A stretch of 63,973 bases of DNA, filler included, from Perkinsus olseni (Eukaryota), in the NCBI GenBank assembly GCA_013115125.1. It is 4 parts of 4 records of this genome, joined end to end, with 100 filler letters (N's around TTAATTAATTAA, not from the genome) between each part and the next. Parts side by side here need not be neighbours in the genome. Positions count along the whole stretch, not along the records: positions 52,094 to 63,973 come from JABANN010000813.1; 3 more parts are not named here. One strand, given 5' to 3'. The notes under the pieces were generated by a model, which worked only from the letters and a program-made list of their open reading frames with translations, made no database searches and was not told the origin of the DNA. The translations under genes and the position numbers were made by a program. Of the stretch, positions 57,224 through 63,973 are shown in pieces. Numbering within the stretch: position 1 is the first letter of the stretch; every line of letters starts with the position of its first letter.

Positions 57224-60200
57224 TTACCTACACATGCTCGACTTGAGCAACGAATCCCCGGTACTTCTACTCAAGTATTCTGCAACTTGACAACACAATT
57301 CCGGTAACACATGGGCAGAAAACATTTTGACGTTGACAGCGTTAGCCGCCTTTAAGAACACTTGTGACTTCACTTGGTAACGATGATCTGTGGAGGAACA
57401 ATACAACAGTGGGACGGGTTATTAGGTTACTTACTGTAACCAAGTAGATTGGGGTAACCATACATCCACCAATTCTCGTGTGATATTATCATCTACACTC
57501 AATCCTATTTCGATAGCCATCCATGCACAATACTCGAGTTGTAGTCGTCCTTGGTGAGATTTCCTCAGAGTTGGAAGGAATACATCATACTCCATTACTC
57601 GGTTACGTAGTGATTCAATCTGATTCAATGAGAATGATGACGATGAAGACGCTAGCGGCTGCGGCTGCGGTGTAGTAATGATTACTAGTTTATTCTTAGA
57701 TTCCTCTTCACAAGATTGTAACCTCTCATAATTCCGTCTGGCATCAGCCATCCTTCGACGTACCTCCAATGGCTGTACCGCACCACCACCACTACCTGCT
57801 GCTAGTGATGATGATGATATGTAGTGAATAATAATACTGATGATCTCACCATAGTCCTTATATGATAACATGCATTCCTCCTCCTCACCAGCTGGTTGAG
57901 GGGCATCATTAAGTATTTGCACATGACGTTGATGCAGTATAGCATCTTGTACCAACGACTGTAACCATACTACTGAGTCCAATGTTTCATATACCTAAAC
58001 AGCAGCAAGAACAGAGACTACCCATTATCACCTATCCTACTACTACTACCACCACTACCGAGAGCATATCATCCAGATCTGATTGGCTGATACTTTGCCT
58101 TCCCTTCCGCCCTCCTGCATGATCACGAAGAGAGGATATCTCACGTTGAGTCTTCGCCATGCTTGTCCAGAAATGAGCTACATGAGTACAACATGACTGC
58201 GTGCGTATGATGATGTATTACGAGTAGCATCATTCTGAAGATGTATTGTGAGAAGATCTGAAGAGACCTTCTGATCCAATATGAACAACTCCAACAGAGG
58301 GTACACTAGGCAGGCACCTAATGATGATGAGTAGTCAAGAGGCACAATGATGCTGCCGACTTACACAGTGCTGTTGTCATATCAACATCTCCTCTCTTGT
58401 TGCTACTACTGGCATTCTCCTCCAAGGACTGCTGCTGCTGCTGCTGCTGGTCATGATTATGATTATGATCTCCTTCTTGTGTATAATAGGCCATCCACCA
58501 TGCTCTTACTAATGCTACGGCAGCGACTAGCTCTGCTGGGGTGTACTGTGATGAGCTCACACCCGTATCTGATGATCTACTTGGATAGAGGAAGAGAGGG
58601 AAGTACTACATTACCAAGTTGAATGGATGACGAGGATGAAGAAGCAACGACACCAACAGCAGCCTTGAGAGTATCATCATTAGGAGAGGTTTCTGCACAC
58701 AGAGCCACTACCTCTCGGAGTACCTGATAGGGTTTGATGAGCCTGATGATGCAACTAATGATGATGTACCTGTATGGCAGTCTCCGATTGAAACTTGACA
58801 ACGACTTTATCGGCTATAATAATACATAGAGGGCGGAGGACTGTAAAGAGGGTTTGGAGAGTATTAGGGGACACTGGGTTGGTTTGACTAGAAGCGAGAG
58901 CTGGTAGAGAACAGCAGTCGGATATGAGACACCTGAAGAGAAGAGAAGAGAAGAGAAGAGCATGAATGAGCCCCGACCTCTGGTGCTGGTATTACTTCCT
59001 AATAAACCATACCCATGCCTCCACCTGTGCCGAGGTACCCCTCATCATCTGGATGTGTGATGATGCATTGATAACTCTCTCTTTGAAAAGGTTGACAATA
59101 TAATCATCAGCCTCAAGAAACCCTGCTGCTGCTGCTGCCGATCTGCTGTACCCAGGCTGCCATTGTTGATGATGGTGGTGTTCATACTCCGCTGTTGCTA
59201 AGGATTGTTCTATAATAGATGCAGATAGCTGATCCTAAGGGAGACGAGCAGCAGCAGCAGCATGAGCAGGAGCAGGATGGTAGTGAGCATCGTATTACTT
59301 CATCATATTTCATATCATCATCAACTTCAAGTTTTGCCCGTATCAGGCCATTCAACAGAGCGTCTATATTAGTAGTACTAGATGGCTGCTCATGTTCCGT
59401 CATGCATGTATGATAGTAATAATAATATGGTAGGATCTCCTGACGGTAGAGTGTGGCCAAGTAGCCAGCAAACTGACTGGTCGTAACTGCATGATAGCCA
59501 TGATAGCCCTTGGCAGCAGGGAAGGGGCGTATTACACAAAGCCCCATCCTCCTCTTGTCGTGGTCGATCCTCATTATTAAGCCAATCCCATAGGAGAGTC
59601 AATGGTTTGGTCAATGCGTCCAAGATCCGTGATGATGATGATGAGGATGATAAACGCGGTGAGGAGGAGGACATGGCAGCTAGCCATGCTTCTTGGCTCT
59701 ATAACAACAACAGCACGATGAGGTCCTCTACTACTAATACCAGCCTTCTGCTACTGCTACTACTACTAATCTTTATTATCATCATTATTACCTTCCTGTA
59801 TACATGCATCACTCCAGTATCATCATCATCAGTGTCCATCATAACTTGTAGTAAGCCCTCCTGTATAGCAGTATTAAACCTAGCCTCTATTTCCTTTGCC
59901 ATAACATCATCATCATTATTAGCATATGCTCTCAATAATGCATCCCACCAACCTTTTAGATACTCTAGACTACCATACACCGATTTACCAGCATTCTCAC
60001 GAGGGCGGTGAGTCGCTGGAAATAGTCTAAAAAGATCCTAAGTGGTAGTAGGTGTGGTGGTGGTACTACCCTTCTAGAATAAGCTCAGTTGCCCACTCCT
60101 TGAGACAATGTAGTTTTATCCATTGGATGCTTCGTAAACGTCTATCATATGAATCCGCCTTATCGATTGTAGTGTCGTCACCCCAAGGAACAGTAGTTGC

Positions 60201-60229
60201 ATTATCTCTCCCTCTACTACTACGCCTAC

Positions 60230-60274
<45 letters not shown>

Positions 60275-61700
60275 GATTACGAGCCATACTGGATGATGAT
60301 GATGATGATGATGATGCTGCTCGCATCTTCATGGATGTACCCAACCAACAGTCCTTTGTAGATAATAATGATGATATATCAGCAGATAAGTATCTTGCAA
60401 AAGGGTATATTCTTAGTATCACAACTACTATACCACTCCTTCTGTAACTACCCCTAAAATTACTATTACCCTAGCCAGGCCCTCTCATCATCACTCAGAG
60501 TACCATCCTCCTCTCTTGTAGCGCCTCCTCCTGATAACTGTGCCAAGGCACCCTCCTTGACGAGTAGTCTTCGTGATGGTACGGGATGAATAACATCGGC
60601 AACAGTCCTCCGTTGTTGCTCTTGTCGCACATCTTGGTTATTATCAATACTGGTGTTGGTATTATTGGTAGTTGTATTATTCATAGCCTGAACATAGTGA
60701 TGACCTCTGTGATGCCCCCTCAAACCTTACCTTCTCAGTCCAATCCATATACAATTCCGACCCATCATCACAAGCACCATCCTCGAGAGTAGGTGCCCCT
60801 ACAACAAAGATGGGGTTATTAGTATTACCAGCCCCCTCCCCTCCCTACTACTACCCATAACAGCAGCTAGTTCGAGTGCTCTATACATATCCCCTGATGG
60901 TTGATGGGCTAAAGTCCTTATTGCAGCATCATCACCATCTGTGCCTGCATGATGATCATGACGATGATGATGATGATCATAATACCGACGATGACAACCA
61001 CTTACGGAGGATATCAAATAACGCCTTCAATACACCACCTAAAGAGGACCGTTGCTAATGCCATGCTAATCCTACTACTACTACCATGAATAGGGTTGTT
61101 GTTCTCCTTACCATTGATCGTACTACTATCCACCTCATCATCAGATTGTATTTGCCTCAGCCATCGTAATGTAGCCAACAACGTACGATAGGCTGGTATA
61201 TTACAATAAGCCCACCTTAGTCTCTGAATAATAATACTCTGATAATACTATTAACAGCCATACCACACCTTCCCAATATCTAGCCATCCTCCTTCACACG
61301 ACGACGTCTGGCGTGGGGGCGATCCAGAAGGAGGGAGTAGTGTATTAAATTGGTAGGCAGTCTCTAATGAGGGATGTTATCATCATCATCATCATCATGA
61401 CCATATCCCCCCTACGTTTAGCTGTGTATAATGACCATAGTAACAACCATGATGTTATGGCCTCTTTACCCACTCTAGTGGTACTATTATCACCATTCTT
61501 AACGGCTAGTGTATGATAATATCTAATAGTGACTAATGATGATGAGGAGTGTCATCATGATCATAATCATCATCATTACTCTATTGATTCTATTATATCA
61601 TTGAGCATCGTATCTTCACTTTTATCATCATCCATACAGGAGATGACATCATCATCCTCATCATCACCTGCCAGCTCATCACCAGCACCAAACATACCCA
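57224..61700 (-). CDS. Large helical multi-exon protein, possibly a divergent Nup107/Nup84-like nucleoporin (ends approximate)
   Basis: A chain of minus-strand ORFs bounded by splice sites. Weak resemblance only (LRWLRQ, MYRALELA, PSRRLL, DERAW, YLSADISSLL). Confidence 0.45.
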
Positions 61701-61935
61701 TCAACAACAACAAAGGCTCAACTGAAGGGACAACACACCACCACTGGACCACGGCAACAACATCCTCTTTCTTCCCACCACCTACCCGAAAAATGACGGA
61801 AAAAACTATTAGTACGTGGGATTCGAACTTGTGCAGGTTTGATGATGATGATTGAGTGCAGGACTGTCGTCGGCGGCCTTGAGCTATGTATGTTGACACT
61901 ATAGTTACTACTACATCCTTCTTTACTCTTCCCGA

Positions 61936-63742
61936 ATGACCGGTCAACAAAGTAATAATACTTGCCAAGGATGCCCTCAAGGGTCCACTCATTGCCCCAT
62001 GTGCAATAAGCCTACTACTGCCGAATGCACCCTTAAGTGCCCTACCTGTACTAAAATAGGTAATAACAACAACAACATGGTGATGATGATGATGATGATG
62101 ATGGCAAGGTGTGGTAGGTGTACCAGCATCGTATTTCTGTTGTCAAGCTTGTTTTAAGATGGCATGGGATCAGCATAAGGAAGTGCACAAGATCATGAAG
62201 CAGATGTTATCGGGTGGTAGTGGTAAGGCTGCCTTGAAGGAGGAAGTGGCACATGTTATTGCCGACAATAATGCTGATCAAGATGAGCATTTAGCCAAGT
62301 TCCATAACTATACTGGTTGGACAGGATCATTGAGGCCAGCTAAACTAGGTCCTCAAAGGGAGGTAGGCCTTATCACCTTCCTAACATCATCATGTTGGTC
62401 ATGTCGTCCGGAATCAGTTACCAGAATCTATTGCTAGACCTGACTATGCTGGTGATGGTATACCCCATAGTGAGGTGGCATTACGGAGATCTAACTTCAT
62501 TAAACAGCTTAATGATGAGGAGACGTCCAGGCTTAGGGAGTCTTGTGTACTACCCCGGCCACCACCACCACCTCATCATCATGACACCACCATCCTTGTC
62601 GTTGTAGTTACTGGGACGTAAATGCATTGATGAGTGCGGTAGATTGATCATGTCTGCTACTAAGGATCATCCTGTTAGAGGATGTGATGTTGATGAAGTT
62701 GTCCACAACTTCTGTGTAATACCAATCATTCAACTAATCCTATCATCATCATCATTATGGTAGGTACAACACGACTGCTACCCAAGTCCATTGAACTACT
62801 ACCACTTCCCTCGATCTGTATGTGTATCTGTTAATGAAGTTATTTGCCATGGTATGCCTGATGAGCGTGCCTTCGAGCCTGGTGATATTGTTAACGTTGA
62901 TGTAAGGTGTATCGGTGTAGCCCTCCCCCTACCTCCTTACTAGTATACCCTCTAGATAACCCTCTATCATAACGGGATGCATGCTGATCTCAACGAGACA
63001 TACATCGTCCCCGATCCAGAGGGAGTGGTAAGAAGAAGAAGAAGCCCTTGCCCCCCTTGTCCTCATCATTGGTAGCATTCTGAGTGTATAGGTTAACAAG
63101 GCATTAGCCCATGATACCAAACGGTTGGTAGAGGGTACATATGCTTCAATGATGTCGGCCATTGAGGAGTGTAAACCTGGTATCATGTACAGAGATCTTG
63201 GTAATACCATACAGAAGGTAGCCAATCATCAGGGGCTGTCTGTCGTTAAGAGGTACTACTACTACAACTAGCAGGCCAATCGTGATCCTTATTGTATCAT
63301 CATTATGACAGTTACTGTGGTCACGGTGTTCGAGATCTCTTCCATTGTGCCCCTAACGTCCCTCACTATGCTAAGAATAAGGCTATTGGTGTTATGAAGA
63401 AGGGCCATGCCTTTACTGTTGAGCCTATGCTCAACCTTGGTACATATAAGGATAGGACATGGCCTGATGATTGGACATCAGTCACTCTTGATGGAAAGTA
63501 ATCATCCATTACTAGTATCAGTTATGAGCATATGCTTTCATCAGGCGATCAGCTCAGTTCGAGCATACCATCATTATCACTGATAATGGTGTAGAGATCC
63601 TCACGGCCAGGCTACCGGAGTCCCCTTCATGTGGCTTTGACATGGATGCTGCGGTAATAACAACAACGACTAACCATCAGTTGGTATCGGATGGCTCGCT
63701 CTCTCAGCTCGCTCGATGCAAGCAAGAAGCTGGCCTCAATAA
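61936..63742 (+). CDS. METAP1: Methionine aminopeptidase 1 (type Ib, N-terminal zinc finger), many exons
   Basis: CPTC...[60 protein letters not shown] and SAQFEHT. Confidence 0.96.
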
Positions 63743-63904
63743 GCCTTCTAAGCACTAGTTCACCACGATTATTCGTCATTTATCGAGGACCTTTACTACT
63801 ACAAGTACATCAACAACAACAACAGCAGCATTAGACATACCACAGCTACGTATAAGATTCTCTCATATTCTGCCTACCTGTTTTGTTACAGTATTATTAC
63901 TCAT

Positions 63905-63906
<2 letters not shown>

Positions 63907-63973
<67 letters not shown>
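63907..63973. repeat. (GTT)n microsatellite running to the window end
   Basis: Perfect trinucleotide repeat. Confidence 0.98.

Overview
Eukaryotic protist genomic DNA, most consistent with a Perkinsus-like alveolate. This is an inference from dense short introns, two matches to the Perkinsus/dinoflagellate spliced-leader 3' end, and the gene families present. The window is not one locus: four pieces are joined by artificial N-TTAATTAATTAA-N linkers at about 17.3, 34.7 and 52.0 kb. Recognisable genes: an ER EF-hand protein, a chalcone-isomerase-fold protein, an Acinus-like RRM protein, a Cys-repeat multipass membrane protein with an antisense tRNA-Ser(UGA) in one intron, cystathionine beta-lyase with a hAT MITE in an intron, a SHIPPO-repeat protein, an atypical kinase, an Rdx-PDZ fusion, pepsin-like proteases (one intact, two decayed), a cytochrome P450, a GH18-like protein, a metacaspase lacking both catalytic residues, an ERCC6L-like SNF2 ATPase, ACMSD, ITPase and MetAP1. 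Mobile DNA includes a Gypsy-like remnant and a defective hAT element. The least explained signals are (i) a conserved 43-nt hairpin in three copies on two contigs, each just upstream of and co-oriented with a coding region, (ii) antisense tRNA or tRNA-like cassettes inside spliceosomal introns, one within a transposase gene, and (iii) several pseudo-enzymes. Exon boundaries were read by eye and some gene ends are approximate.
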